Shown here: piece after piece, positions 47,201-56,020 of the stretch | Position numbering within the stretch: position 1 is the stretch's first letter | How the letters are laid out: the number at the start of each line of letters is the position of its first letter | Assembly (NCBI GenBank): GCA_963778655.1 | Contig: CAVZVA010000009.1 | Coordinates: forward strand, 1,088,001-1,152,000 | Reading direction: 5' to 3' | Origin: an uncultured delta proteobacterium | GTDB lineage: Bacteria; Myxococcota_A; Polyangia; Polyangiales; JAFGIB01 | Length of the DNA stretch: 64,000 nucleotides | Translations under genes and position numbers: made by a program | The notes under the pieces: model-generated | Databases searched by the model: none | Told to the model about the DNA's origin: nothing | What the model saw: only the letters and a program-made list of their open reading frames with translations

Positions 47201-50200
47201 ACCCGACCTGGCGATCGAGGTGCTGCAGGAGCTTATCCTGGAGCACCCGACCGAGCAGGCCTACGCCGCGCTTGAGCGCCTGTTCACGACCGGCGCGCGC
47301 TGGGAGGAGCTGCGCTCGGTTTACGAGCAGCAGCTCGACCGGCAGCTCGGCGTGGCGGTGGAGCTGCGCTTCAAGCTCGCGCGCACCTGCCATCTGCATC
47401 TGGACGACACGCCGGGTGCGCTTTCCCATCTGCGTGACGCGCTCATCGACGATTCGGGACACCGCGCCTCGATCGTGCTGCTCGAGGACATCATGGCCGC
47501 GGAGGGCGAGCAGCGCGCGGCCGCCGCCGAGATCCTCGAGCCGATCTACCTCGCGCAGATGCAGTGGCCCAAGCTCACCGCGGCGCTCGAGGCTCGCATC
47601 GCGGGCGAGCAGGACGTCGACGAGCGCAAGCGGCTGCTGACCCGGCTGGCGCAGATCTACGAGGATCAGCTCGAGGACTTCGACGGCGCGATCGACGTCT
47701 ACGCGCGGCTGTTTCGGGAGGATCCCCACGACGACGCCACCTGGGAGACGCTCACGCGGCTGGCCAAGGTCGGCGGCCAGTGGAACCGCCTGGGCAAGAT
47801 CCTGAGCAAGCCGTTGGACGAGGAGCCGGCGCTGGACGGGGCGCTGGCACGCCTGGCCAAGTACACCGGGCGCATCTACGTCGAGCGCGTGGCGAACTAC
47901 CACCGCGCCGCGCAGCTGTTCGAGAAGGCGCTGGCGTTCGATCCGGCCGACCTGGAGTCGTTCTCCGCGCTCGAGGCGGCCTATCGCCAAACCGCCTCGC
48001 ACGAGAAGCTGCTGGCGCTGTACCGCGACCAGATCGACCGCGAGGACGGCGACGACCGGCGGGTACGCCTGCTGCACGAGCGGGCGCGTCTCTTTCGCGA
48101 GGTGCTCGAGCAATCTGCCGAGGCGATCGCGACCTATCGCGAGATCCTCGAGATCGATCCCGACGACCGCGAGGCGGCCACCGGTCTCGAGCTGCTGTTG
48201 ACGCAGGCCGAGGACTGGCCCGCGCTGACCGATCAGCTGCGCGCGCGCATCGATCGCGCTGCCGGCAGCGAGGAGGAGATTCCGCTCAAGCTGCGGCTGG
48301 CGGAGCTGCTGGAGCAGCGACGCGACGATGTGGATGGCGCGATCGAGGTCTATGAGGACATCGCGCGCATGGATCCCAAGGAGCAGCGCGCGATGTGGGC
48401 GCTCGAGCGCCTGGTGCAGCAGCCCGAGCACACGCTGCACATCACGCGCATCCTCGAGCCGATCTACCGCAAGCTCGACCAGTGGAAGAAGCTGGTCGCC
48501 ATCCTGGAAGCCCAGGTCCAGCTGCTCGACGACGAGCTCGAGCGCGTGCGCGTGCTGAGCGAGATCGGCGAGCTGCACGAGCGCCGGGGTCACGACGCGG
48601 CGCTGGCCTTGCACGCGTGGATGCGGGCCTTCACCACCGATCCGGGCAATGATCAGGCGCGCGGGCACGTCGACCGCCTGGCGGCCGAGATGGAGGCCTG
48701 GAACGAGCTGGTGCAGGCATACGAGACGGCGCTGAACAAGACCGAGGATCCGGTGGTCGTCACCAATCTGCTCACGATGATGGGCCGGGTGCATGACGAG
48801 AAGCGCGGCGATCCGCGGGCGGCGATCGCCGTCTACGAGCGACTCGCCAGCCACGAGCCCGACGATCCCGCACCGCTTGATTCGCTCGAGGCGCTGCACA
48901 CCATGGTGGGCGATTGGCACGGGCTCACCAGTGTGCTCTCGCGCAAGGTCGACCAGGCCTACAATGCCCAGGAACGCAGCGAGCTGCTGCGGCGCCTGGG
49001 CTCGGTGACCGAGGAGCTGCTCGGCGACCGAGGCGCGGCAATCGAAGCGTACAAGCGCGCCGTGGCCGAGGACGACAGCGACGACCTCGCCTACGAGGCA
49101 CTCGACCACCTGTACGGGCTCGAGCAGAAGTCCGACAAGTTGACCCAGGTGCTCGAGCGACGCATCGAGCTGGCGGCCGATCCGGCCACGCGCGTTGCGC
49201 ACGGGCTGCGCCTGGGGGCGGTGCTGGACCGCCAGCTCCACCAGCCCGACCAGGCGATCGCGGCCTACCAGCGCGTGCTCGACGATGATCCGACCGAGCG
49301 CCAGGCGCTGGTTGCGCTGGCGGTGCTGTTCGAGCGCCAGGGCAGGTGGAGCGAGCTGCTCGAGAACCTGGCTCAGCAGGAGCGCCTGGCCGGCAACGCC
49401 ACCGAGCGCGTGCGGCTGCTGCACCGTGCCGGCGAGATTCAGGAGCAACGCGTGGGCGACCTCGACGAGGCGATCGAGCGTCATCGCGAGGTGCTCGAGA
49501 TCGATGCCGCGTTCGGGCCGTCGATCGACGCGTTGACGCGGATCGCGCGCGTGCCCGAGCACCGGGTGCGCGCCGCCGAGATCGTCGAGCCGCTGTTGCG
49601 CGCGCAGGGGCGCTTCGACGACCTGGTGCAGCTGATCGAGAGCGGGCTGCCCGGGCTCGACGATGCGCTCGGGCGGCGCGCGGAGCTGCAGCGTCTGGCC
49701 GAGCTGCACGAGCACGGGCGCGGCCGGCCCGCCGACGCGTTCGAGGCGCTGTGCCGCGCGCTGGGCGAAGACCCGGCCGACGACGTGGTGCTGGCCGATC
49801 TCGAGCGACTGGCGCGGCAGCTCGGCCTCTTCGACAAGCTCGCCTCTGTGCTCGCCCAGCAGGCGGAGGTGGTCGGCGACGGGTTGCAGGCCGCCGGGCT
49901 CTACCGCCGTCTGGCGCGCATCTGCGAGGAGGAGCTGCACGACGACGCGCGCGCAATCGACGCCTACGTGCGGGCCTCGGAGCGCGACGAGGCGAGCGAG
50001 ACGCTGCTCGAGCTCGATCGCCTCTACGAGCGCACGCAAAGCTGGGACGGCTTGCTCGAGGTGCTCGAGCGGCGCATCGCGGCCAGCGCCGATCCCAAGG
50101 AGCGCACCGATCTGCTGGTGCGGCTGGGCGACCTGCGCGACCAGCGCTTCGAGGACGGACGCGGCGCGTTCGTGGCTTACAGGGAAGTGCTCGACGGCGA

Positions 50201-52199
50201 GCCAGCCGAGTCGCGCGCGCTCGCCGGCATGGAGCGGATCGGTCGCTACGACGCGCTCGCTCACGACGTGCTCGACGTGCTCGATCACTGCTACCGCGAG
50301 GTAGGCGCCACCGACAAGCTTGCCGGGCTCTACGACATTCGCATTCGGCTGGCCGAGTCCGATGCCGAACGGCTGCGACTGCTGGGCGAGGCGACGGGCA
50401 TCTGGGAGCGCGAGCTCGGCGATCCGGCACGGGCGCTGCTCAACATGCGGCGCGCCTTCGAGATCGATCCCACGCGTGCCGACACGCTCGAGGAGATCGA
50501 GCGCCTGGCGGCCGCCGCTTCCAGCTGGGAGGGCGTGCGCGGGATGGTTGACGGATTGATCCAGCGTAGTGCGCTCGAGGGGCACACCAAGCAGGAGCTC
50601 GCGCTGCGTGCGGCCGACTGGTATCGGGAGCGGCTTTCGGATCCCGCCGCGGAGGAGCGCTGCCTGCGCTGGGCGCTCGAGGTCGACGCCGGTGTGATGC
50701 CGACGCACGAGCGTCTGCTCGGCCTGCTGGAAGGGCCGGGCCGCGAGGCCGATCGGGTGGCGGCGCTGCGCGCCTGCGCCGAGGCCGAGCACGATCAGCA
50801 ACGCCGCAAGCAGCGGCTGCGGGAAGCGGCGCAGCTGAGCGAGCGCGCGCTGGGCGACCCGGCCCAGGCGGCCGCCTGCTACGAGGCGCTGCTCGAGGCG
50901 GACCCCGAAGACCGCGAGGCGCTGAGCGAGCTGGCCCAGATCCGCGGCCAGCAGAGGCGCTTCGACGCCGTGGTGACCCTGCTGGAACGTCGCTGTGCGC
51001 TCGAGGGCGACCCCGAGACGCGCACCGCGCTGCGGCTGCGGATCGCCGACATCCAGCAGCAGGAGCTGGGTCAGGCCGCCGACGCCATCGCCACCTATCG
51101 CGGCGTGCTGGAGGAAGCCCCGAGCCAGCCGCAGGCGCTGAACGCGCTCGAGCGCCTGTACGAGCAGGCCGCCCGCTGGGAAGATCTGCGCGCGCTGCTC
51201 TCGGAGCAACGCGAGCGAGCTGGAGATGCGCCCGCGCGCGCCGCGCTGGGGCTGCGCCTGGCGGCGCTTGCCGAACAGCACCTGGAAGATCGCGACGGCG
51301 CGGTCGACGAGCTGTTGCAGGTGCTGCGCGAGCAGCCCGATGACGCGCGCGCCCAGGACGAGCTCGAGCGGCTCTACGCGGCCTGCGAGCGCTGGTCCGA
51401 GCTGGTCGCCCTGCTCGAGCGCCGCGCCTCCCAGGCGGAGCCTGCGGCGGCGGTGGCGCTGCTGCGGCGTGCGGCCTCGGTGTACGAGACCAAGCTCGAG
51501 CAGCCGGACCGAGCGGTTGCCGCCTACCGCAAGATCCACGAGCGCGATGCCAGCGATCGCGAGGCGCTCGACGCGTTGCAACGCCTGCTGCTCGCCTCCG
51601 AGCGCTGGCAGGAAGCGGCGGAGGCCATGCGCTCGCTGCTCGACCTGCTCTCGGGCGAGCCGGCGCGCGAGCTGGGGCTGCGGCTTGCGGAGCTGGCATC
51701 GGCGCACCTCGGCGACTTCAGCCTGGCCGAGCAGGCCCTGCTCGCGGCGCAACAGGCGGACCCCGGCCACGCCGAGACGCGCAAGCGCTTGCTCGCGCTG
51801 TACGAGACCCACGCGGCGCACGACAAGCTTGTACACTTGCTCGACAAGGAGGAGCAGCGGACCGACGATCCCGCGCAGAAGGTGGTCCTGCTCAACCGCA
51901 TCGCGGCGCTGTACCGCAGTCAGCTCGGCGACCCGCAGAGCGCGGTGTCCTACCTGGAGCGGGCGGTGGCGCTCGCGCCCGGCGACCGCGAAGCGCTGCT
52001 GCAGCTGTGTGACCTCTACGTCGCCGCCGACAAGGCACGCGACGCGATACCGGTGCTGGAGAAGGTCATCGAGTCGTACGGTGGGCGGCGCGCCAAGGAG
52101 GTTGCGCTGTACCACCACCGCCTGGGCCATGCGTACGAGGGGCTGGGCGACACCGAGGCCGCGCTCAAGCACTACGATGCGGCATTCAAATCGACCTGA
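41229..52199 (+). CDS. Giant TPR protein, AgmK-like (myxobacterial); frame breaks near the C-terminus
   Basis: About 3650 aa of repeated LERLY..xRWxxL / A..Y..VL..DP TPR units. The size and pattern recall Myxococcus AgmK. Confidence 0.82.
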   Translation: MGVVDARAASEKGRSSEPLKLSNYLGILRDDPEDESAHEALKALADTRDPERLGDQPVRLLEAARQAHEAKGELSAVARLIEVEALLIDGDQAFATSLWKELGRLRGDELLDAQGARQAYDNALRLTPEDSEALEGRKRLEQAEKSWRKFAKRFTEEAEGASETSLKASLLLRAAALVWQYRKKGREEEADNLFRAALQAEPGNRRAVLLYEHSLRLRKSWGPLAELLLESAEQARDKSDQVSLYTRAGRVALRRLDDEARAAACYERVLDLEPSNAEAMAFLSEHYTKQARWDDLVAMYEQALSVRHKLEVEQGILLQIGMVHWRMRERPKDAELYFARLRKLNPGHPAVLDFYREYYARPDRAEKWLAVVADAQRVAADDRQKLELALVLARAAQEQPELKDRAIDAWRLVQRLDPGNREALSALKGLYLRSEKWNALADVTKAEIEATPDEDVADKVALLRELLAIYRDRLHMDGMVISTLGRIVKLTPGDRDALGELATKYESAGRFNDLINVLTERADALSDPTEKVEAYLRVAQLWIERFANYSQATTPLEKVLQIDSNNREALSQLKDIYEKKRAWKQLYEVLRKEKAVASDPGVRLANTIEMAKLAADRLQGYAEAIALWKEALELDPRAPGAAEALEKLAEGEKDFDTLVAVLETELAQAGNDETRIRVLQKLALLHGERLGQTEEATQCWRRILKLEPKHGRALRAVRDALLKAQDWDELTDLYASVRDFEGLVDVLSHEADEAMDSRSKIDLSFRAARVFEQDVGDPSRAARSYERVLSVDPSNAKAAAALAAIYEQDAKWTRLRAMLDVLLQAAADEGQQLALLGRLRELCQTTLRDGEATFGYAARAYRLAPGSEQVRGALESAAESAAAFDRVLELYLERAEKASATEAGLLRRRIAAIALDRLGQNAIAVEQLRRLLEAEPEAADIAAQLEKIYRGEQRTADLHGLLLHRLEHASDPALRWTTLKELAQIEDEVLSDAAAAAAHYRAMSEIDPSDRNVLTARDRLASAAERWDELSEVLQARLEVEQETPARIELGARLGLLLLDRLDQPERALAAFEQVLEQDGMHGPSVAAVERLAEQHETLSPRAGRVLERVYEQSGRYDKLLKVLEKRLKGEKQDDEVRRLRLRVAEISGQKLGDAMGAYGALEAAFFEQPQDRELWDRLSDAAESAGQQRALAAAYATALEAGDLGEEDRLELAIRAARLHDEVLGQPEEAEPFHTRILRADPLNDASFAALKELYTVGERWEELQALYRKRIADTVDADSKLDLLLQLCFLFEEILDRPDQAIESYQQVLALSPDHGAARRTLERLYERTERWRDLSELLRGNLDRAEGQERIDLMLRLGELYETRLSEPGDAVDQYEGVLAEQPHQLRAQEALSRLLGVETQRQRIAAILEPLYEKQGAYRDLASVLEIQLEDRERERSAAADLLLRIGELYEHKTRDMDAAFAAYARAVEAEPGHDAARQALARVASSRETFRRQRAQVLQRALDGLKDEIVLQVDLLLELASLLDQYLGDKDGAERAYERLIEIDPDNHDAVLVAARALEAIHLAKQDHGRLANDLKLQIEIETDSALRGQLLVRLAELCESTLDAPDEAIAAHKKRLEIDPGDIDALRALERLYERTEHWAELVDTLRAHADHSTEEAQRRALARRAASLRDERLKDVDGAIAGYNEVLQSFGPDRDTLRAVGALYERTERYADLLETLLQEEGLTEDAAARAQLQFRMAELMRLHTGDIERALDCYDAVLTFEPGHAASLAALDSLMNDTTSEHRLEAARLAAPRYEASGSFEQLLGVLEVQQDASDPTDKLIALRRAAEVADLGLRDSGRAFSYMARALRVAAGEPALHELLPELDRLAESSGRFGDYVALLREIVPEVYDGELRPEIQRRIARAARARLQDSAAALEHYGKLLEDLPEDAEALDAVEALNEAAGDYRGLIAVLKRKAELAREPATRWQLLARQAEIYERRLEQPDLAIEVLQELILEHPTEQAYAALERLFTTGARWEELRSVYEQQLDRQLGVAVELRFKLARTCHLHLDDTPGALSHLRDALIDDSGHRASIVLLEDIMAAEGEQRAAAAEILEPIYLAQMQWPKLTAALEARIAGEQDVDERKRLLTRLAQIYEDQLEDFDGAIDVYARLFREDPHDDATWETLTRLAKVGGQWNRLGKILSKPLDEEPALDGALARLAKYTGRIYVERVANYHRAAQLFEKALAFDPADLESFSALEAAYRQTASHEKLLALYRDQIDREDGDDRRVRLLHERARLFREVLEQSAEAIATYREILEIDPDDREAATGLELLLTQAEDWPALTDQLRARIDRAAGSEEEIPLKLRLAELLEQRRDDVDGAIEVYEDIARMDPKEQRAMWALERLVQQPEHTLHITRILEPIYRKLDQWKKLVAILEAQVQLLDDELERVRVLSEIGELHERRGHDAALALHAWMRAFTTDPGNDQARGHVDRLAAEMEAWNELVQAYETALNKTEDPVVVTNLLTMMGRVHDEKRGDPRAAIAVYERLASHEPDDPAPLDSLEALHTMVGDWHGLTSVLSRKVDQAYNAQERSELLRRLGSVTEELLGDRGAAIEAYKRAVAEDDSDDLAYEALDHLYGLEQKSDKLTQVLERRIELAADPATRVAHGLRLGAVLDRQLHQPDQAIAAYQRVLDDDPTERQALVALAVLFERQGRWSELLENLAQQERLAGNATERVRLLHRAGEIQEQRVGDLDEAIERHREVLEIDAAFGPSIDALTRIARVPEHRVRAAEIVEPLLRAQGRFDDLVQLIESGLPGLDDALGRRAELQRLAELHEHGRGRPADAFEALCRALGEDPADDVVLADLERLARQLGLFDKLASVLAQQAEVVGDGLQAAGLYRRLARICEEELHDDARAIDAYVRASERDEASETLLELDRLYERTQSWDGLLEVLERRIAASADPKERTDLLVRLGDLRDQRFEDGRGAFVAYREVLDGEPAESRALAGMERIGRYDALAHDVLDVLDHCYREVGATDKLAGLYDIRIRLAESDAERLRLLGEATGIWERELGDPARALLNMRRAFEIDPTRADTLEEIERLAAAASSWEGVRGMVDGLIQRSALEGHTKQELALRAADWYRERLSDPAAEERCLRWALEVDAGVMPTHERLLGLLEGPGREADRVAALRACAEAEHDQQRRKQRLREAAQLSERALGDPAQAAACYEALLEADPEDREALSELAQIRGQQRRFDAVVTLLERRCALEGDPETRTALRLRIADIQQQELGQAADAIATYRGVLEEAPSQPQALNALERLYEQAARWEDLRALLSEQRERAGDAPARAALGLRLAALAEQHLEDRDGAVDELLQVLREQPDDARAQDELERLYAACERWSELVALLERRASQAEPAAAVALLRRAASVYETKLEQPDRAVAAYRKIHERDASDREALDALQRLLLASERWQEAAEAMRSLLDLLSGEPARELGLRLAELASAHLGDFSLAEQALLAAQQADPGHAETRKRLLALYETHAAHDKLVHLLDKEEQRTDDPAQKVVLLNRIAALYRSQLGDPQSAVSYLERAVALAPGDREALLQLCDLYVAADKARDAIPVLEKVIESYGGRRAKEVALYHHRLGHAYEGLGDTEAALKHYDAAFKST

Positions 52200-52462
52200 C
52201 CAGCGTGCCGATTCTACGCGACCTGGGCCGGTTGTGCCTGGCCAACGGCGACCTCGAGCGCGCGCAGAAAACCTACCGAGCGCTGCTGCTGCAGAAGCTA
52301 GGCCCGGACTCGGGCATAGCCAAGGCCGACGTGTATTGCCGGCTGGGTGAGATCTCCGCCAGGCAGGGCGACAAGATGAAGGCCAAGGCGATGCTGGAGC
52401 GGGCGATCGCGGAAGGTGGAGAGCACCCCGAAGCCAAGGCGCTGCTCGACGGCTTGGGCTGA
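52190..52462 (+). CDS. C-terminal TPR portion of the giant protein, in the -1 frame
   Basis: ..HYDAAFK joins IDLTSVPILRDLGRLC..RAQKTYRALLLQKL.. if one base is restored at TTC AAA TCG. Confidence 0.75.
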   Translation: MDLTSVPILRDLGRLCLANGDLERAQKTYRALLLQKLGPDSGIAKADVYCRLGEISARQGDKMKAKAMLERAIAEGGEHPEAKALLDGLG

Positions 52463-52529
52463 GGCGAAGCGAGCTCCGACGCGGCGGCGAAGCGAGCATG
52501 CGTGAGCGACGCGCGGGCGAGGTGAGCCG

Positions 52530-53396
52530 ATGATACCCGAGGGCGTGGTCGACATCGACGGCATCCTGCAACCTGCCGCCGAGGCCAGGTTGAGCGTATT
52601 CGATCGCGGGCTGCTCTACGGCGACAGCGCGTTCGAGGCCATGCGCACCTACGGCGGCGTGCCGTTTCGAGGACCCGAGCACCTTGCCCGGCTCGCGCGC
52701 TCCTGCGGCCGCCTGCGCATCGAGCTGGGACTCGCGCAGGACGAGCTTGCCGCGCGCGTCACGCGCGCGATCGCGCGCAGCGGGCTGCCCGAGTGCTATC
52801 TGCGCGTGTTGGTTACGCGCGGGGTGGCGCCGCTCGGCCTCGACCTCGCGCTCGCGGGCCGCCCGAGCGTGCTCGTCTATGGGCTCGCGCTCAAGCTGCC
52901 CGACCCCGCGATCTACGACGGCATCGCGGTGGGTCTGGTCAAGACGGCCCGCGCCACCGATGGCGGCGCCGCCGCCGGGGCCAAGGCCAGCCATTACCTC
53001 GCCGCCATGCTCGCGCTCGACGAGGTGAAGCGGCGCGGCTGCCACGAGGCGATCATCGTCGGCGCGCGCGGCGAGCTGATCGAGGGCACGACCAGCAACC
53101 TATTCATCGTCGACGAGCACGGCCTGGCGACGCCGCCGCCGGAAGCCGGCATCCTCGAAGGCATCACCCGTCGCGAGGTGCTCGAGCTCGCGGCCGAGCT
53201 GCACATCCCTTGCCGCGAGCAGACGCTGTTTCCTCCCGACCTGAAGGGTGCCCGCGAGGCGTTCATCACCAGCAGCATCCGCGAGATCGTGCCCGTGGTG
53301 CGTGCCGACGCTGCGGTGTTGGGCAACGGCAAGCCCGGCCCCATCGCGACCGCCCTGCTGGCGGCCTACCGCGCCCGAACGCAGCAGGCCCGCTGA
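52530..53396 (+). CDS. Class IV PLP aminotransferase (IlvE/PabC/D-amino acid aminotransferase family)
   Basis: DRGLLYGDSAFE, HLARL, AKASHY, EGTTSNLF, ILEGITR and EAFITSS. Confidence 0.9.
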   Translation: MIPEGVVDIDGILQPAAEARLSVFDRGLLYGDSAFEAMRTYGGVPFRGPEHLARLARSCGRLRIELGLAQDELAARVTRAIARSGLPECYLRVLVTRGVAPLGLDLALAGRPSVLVYGLALKLPDPAIYDGIAVGLVKTARATDGGAAAGAKASHYLAAMLALDEVKRRGCHEAIIVGARGELIEGTTSNLFIVDEHGLATPPPEAGILEGITRREVLELAAELHIPCREQTLFPPDLKGAREAFITSSIREIVPVVRADAAVLGNGKPGPIATALLAAYRARTQQAR

Positions 53397-53427
53397 CGCC
53401 GTCGCTTGGGCTGACCGGTCTTTCGGA

Positions 53428-53538
53428 TCACTGGAAGGCGGGAAGATGGGAAGATCGACTTGGGCTCAACCGGGCAGGGCGCCCCGCGTGATCGGGTCAC
53501 CACCACCCTCTGCCCTTCGCATCTTCCCGCCTTCCCGT
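53428..53538. repeat. REP-like repeat family A, inverted pair
   Basis: TCACTGGAAGGCGGGAAGATGGGAAG (24/26 to consensus) and the inverted CTTCGCATCTTCCCGCCTTCCCGT at 53515-53538. Confidence 0.75.
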
Positions 53539-53602
53539 TTCACGGCCCACGCCTTGCCCGCAAAGGGCGCGAAATCGCACTCCCGGCGCTACAATCGTCG
53601 CG

Positions 53603-55663
53603 ATGCAGCCCTCGGAGCGAGCGCGCGGGGCGCAGGCTGCGGCCGTGAGCGAGGCTCGCCTCGGGTGGCTCGCGTACGCGATCGCCGCCTTCGCGCTGGG
53701 GCTCGCCGGGCTGTTCGCGGTCGCCAATCCCGACACCTTCGGCCACTTGGCGCAGGGCCGGCAGATCGTCGAGCTCGGTCACGTGCCGCTGCGGGACAGC
53801 TTCTCGTTCTGGAAGCCGCAGCCCGCGCTCTGGCGCAACTACGAGTGGCTCAGCGATTGGCTGATGTTCGAGCTGTACCGGCTCGGCGGTTTCGACGCGC
53901 TGATCGCCGCCAAGTGCGCGCTGCTGGCGGCCAGCGCGGCGCTGCTCGTGCTGCTCTCGCGGCTGCTCGGCGGGGCGCGCGCGGGCTTGCTCACCTCCGC
54001 GCTGGTGGTGAGCGCGATTCCCGCGGCTCGCTTTCGTCTGACCGAGCGCCCGCACCTGTGCGCGCTGCCGCTCGGCTGCTTCTATCTGATCGCCTTCGCC
54101 TACCTGTTGCGCGGCTGGGGCCGCGGTCGCGCGCGGGCCGACGCGCTGTTCATCGCCGCGCTCGGCGCCGCCCATCTGCTATGGGTGAACCTGCACGGCA
54201 GCCATCTGCTCGGGCTTGCGCTCACGCTGCTGCACCTGTTGCTGGCTTCGGGCGTGCGCGGCGCGCGCGCCAAGCTGGCGCTGGTGCTCGGGCTGCAGCT
54301 GGCCGCTTCCTGCGTCTCGCCCTACGGCCCGGCGATTTTGCTCGACGCGATCGCGCACGTTGTCGATCCCGTCTATCGCCAGGTGGTCACCGAATGGTCG
54401 CCGTGGGAGCCGAGTGATCCGCTGTGGCTGCTGCTCGCGCCGATCCTTCAGACCCTGCTGCTCGCGGCGGCCGCCATGCCGCTGTTGCGGCGTGGGGCCT
54501 CTGGGCGGGCGCTGCTCGCGAGCGCGGTGCTGCTGGCGCTGGCTGCGTTTCGCTCGATTCGTTTCGTGGCGGATTACCTGCTGCTGAGCGCCCCAGTGCT
54601 CGCGCTGGGGCTCTGCGATTTGCTGCACGCGGTGCGCTGGCGCAGGCTGGCGCCCGCGCTCGGGCTGTGGCTCGCGGCGGCCGCGTTCGTGGTGCCGTGG
54701 GCCTCGTTGCGGCTGCCGCCCTTCCAAGGTCTGGGCCACGGGGACGACCGCATCAAGCTGCCGGCCGCGAGCGGGCAGTGGCTGCGCGATCACGCGCTCG
54801 CACCGCGCGTGCTGGCCGCGATCGAGGACTCCTGGTACCTGATGTTCGCGGTGCCACAGGCGCACTTTCTGGTCGACGGGCGCGTACCGTTCTACGGCCC
54901 TTCGCACATCGGCCGCGTGAACCTCGCGATCGCCAGCCCGCGCCATCTGGCCGTGCTGCTCGCCGACTACCGCGTCGACACGGTGGTGGTGCGCCACACC
55001 TTCAAGCCTCACCGCGTGCTGCTGGCCACGCTGCGCCGTTGGCCCGAGTGGAAGCTGAGACTGATCGAGGATCGCTACGCGCTGTACGTGCGCGACGGCA
55101 CCGCCTTGCGGGGTCTCGACTCGCCCCGCCCGCTTTCGCTGCAGCCGGGCTATCAGCCCGACTGGTTGCTCGACGCCGACGCGACCGGCGCGCAGGCGAT
55201 CGAAGCCGAGTTGCGGCGGTTGCCCGCGCACGAAAACACGCGCGGATACCGCGGCTGGGTGCAGGCCCTGTTGGCGCTGCGGCCGCTGCGGCGGCCGGGC
55301 GATGCCGGCCTGCGCGCGCCGGCGAATACCGCCGAGGTCGCGCTGCTACGCCGCGCCGAGGCCCTACTCTCGCGCGCGGTGCACGGCGCGCAAGGCGTAC
55401 CGGTGGTCAGCGCCTACCACGCCCTGGTCGCGGCGGCGCTGTGCGATCTGGACACCGCGGAGCAGGCGCTCTCCGCTGCGCGCTGGGAAGGGGACTCGCG
55501 CGAGACCCTGCTCGGCGCGCAAGAGATCGCGCTGCGGCGCGGGCGCAAGGCCGAGGTCGAGCAGTTCCTGCAGCGCGCGCAGGCCATGCCCCAGGCAGCG
55601 CACGATGCCTGGCTCGCGGCGCTGCGCACGGAGCTGAGCTCGCCCCCGCTGTGCCCGCGGTGA
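53603..55663 (+). CDS. Polytopic membrane protein, GT-C glycosyltransferase-like
   Basis: PDTFGHLAQGR, YEWL, ERPH, WVNLHGS, TEW and VDGR motifs, with many TM segments. Confidence 0.7.
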   Translation: MQPSERARGAQAAAVSEARLGWLAYAIAAFALGLAGLFAVANPDTFGHLAQGRQIVELGHVPLRDSFSFWKPQPALWRNYEWLSDWLMFELYRLGGFDALIAAKCALLAASAALLVLLSRLLGGARAGLLTSALVVSAIPAARFRLTERPHLCALPLGCFYLIAFAYLLRGWGRGRARADALFIAALGAAHLLWVNLHGSHLLGLALTLLHLLLASGVRGARAKLALVLGLQLAASCVSPYGPAILLDAIAHVVDPVYRQVVTEWSPWEPSDPLWLLLAPILQTLLLAAAAMPLLRRGASGRALLASAVLLALAAFRSIRFVADYLLLSAPVLALGLCDLLHAVRWRRLAPALGLWLAAAAFVVPWASLRLPPFQGLGHGDDRIKLPAASGQWLRDHALAPRVLAAIEDSWYLMFAVPQAHFLVDGRVPFYGPSHIGRVNLAIASPRHLAVLLADYRVDTVVVRHTFKPHRVLLATLRRWPEWKLRLIEDRYALYVRDGTALRGLDSPRPLSLQPGYQPDWLLDADATGAQAIEAELRRLPAHENTRGYRGWVQALLALRPLRRPGDAGLRAPANTAEVALLRRAEALLSRAVHGAQGVPVVSAYHALVAAALCDLDTAEQALSAARWEGDSRETLLGAQEIALRRGRKAEVEQFLQRAQAMPQAAHDAWLAALRTELSSPPLCPR

Positions 55664-55667
55664 GCCC

Positions 55668-55863
55668 GGGTCTGGCTCTCGCACTGATCACCACGCGCTG
55701 ATTTGGCAGGGGCAGACCCTGCTTTCTTCACGAGGGGCGGCACGCCGGCCCTGCGGCCCCTCCCCGGCGGAGTCAATCCGCCGGGTCGCCTCCCCACGCG
55801 GGGCCGCGTTCCGCGGCAATTCTCGAACGAAACGTGATCGCTGCTCAGTATGAGATCCACACC
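55668..55863. mobile_element. MITE-like non-coding element, copy 2 (~196 bp)
   Basis: Ends GGTCTGGCTCTCGCACTGATC and GCTCAGTATGAGATCCACACC (16/21 inverted match). Collinear with 20673-20869. Confidence 0.65.
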
Positions 55864-55891
55864 TTGAAGCCCGGACCCGCGACTCTTTCGA

Positions 55892-55972
55892 TCACAGGAA
55901 GGCGGGAAGACGGGAAGGGGACATGGTCGGACCGACCCTGCCTCGCTGCCTTCAGCCTTTCCGGCTTGCTGT
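55892..55972 (+). repeat. REP-like repeat family A copy with degenerate inverted partner
   Basis: TCACAGGAAGGCGGGAAGACGGGAAGG at 55892-55918. Degenerate complement near 55949-55972. Confidence 0.75.
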
Positions 55973-56020
55973 TTGCTGTGGTCCGGCCGCCCACCGCCGG
56001 GACGCCCGCCGCGGCCGGAT

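Noticed and set aside
52185..52199. Programmed -1 ribosomal frameshift
   Set aside because: There is no X XXY YYZ slippery site or evident stimulator. A simple indel is more parsimonious.
46617..53045. 2142-aa minus-strand ORF (also 41010-44933 and 45102-46598)
   Set aside because: These are antisense shadows of the giant TPR gene, caused by high GC3. They have no recognisable motifs.
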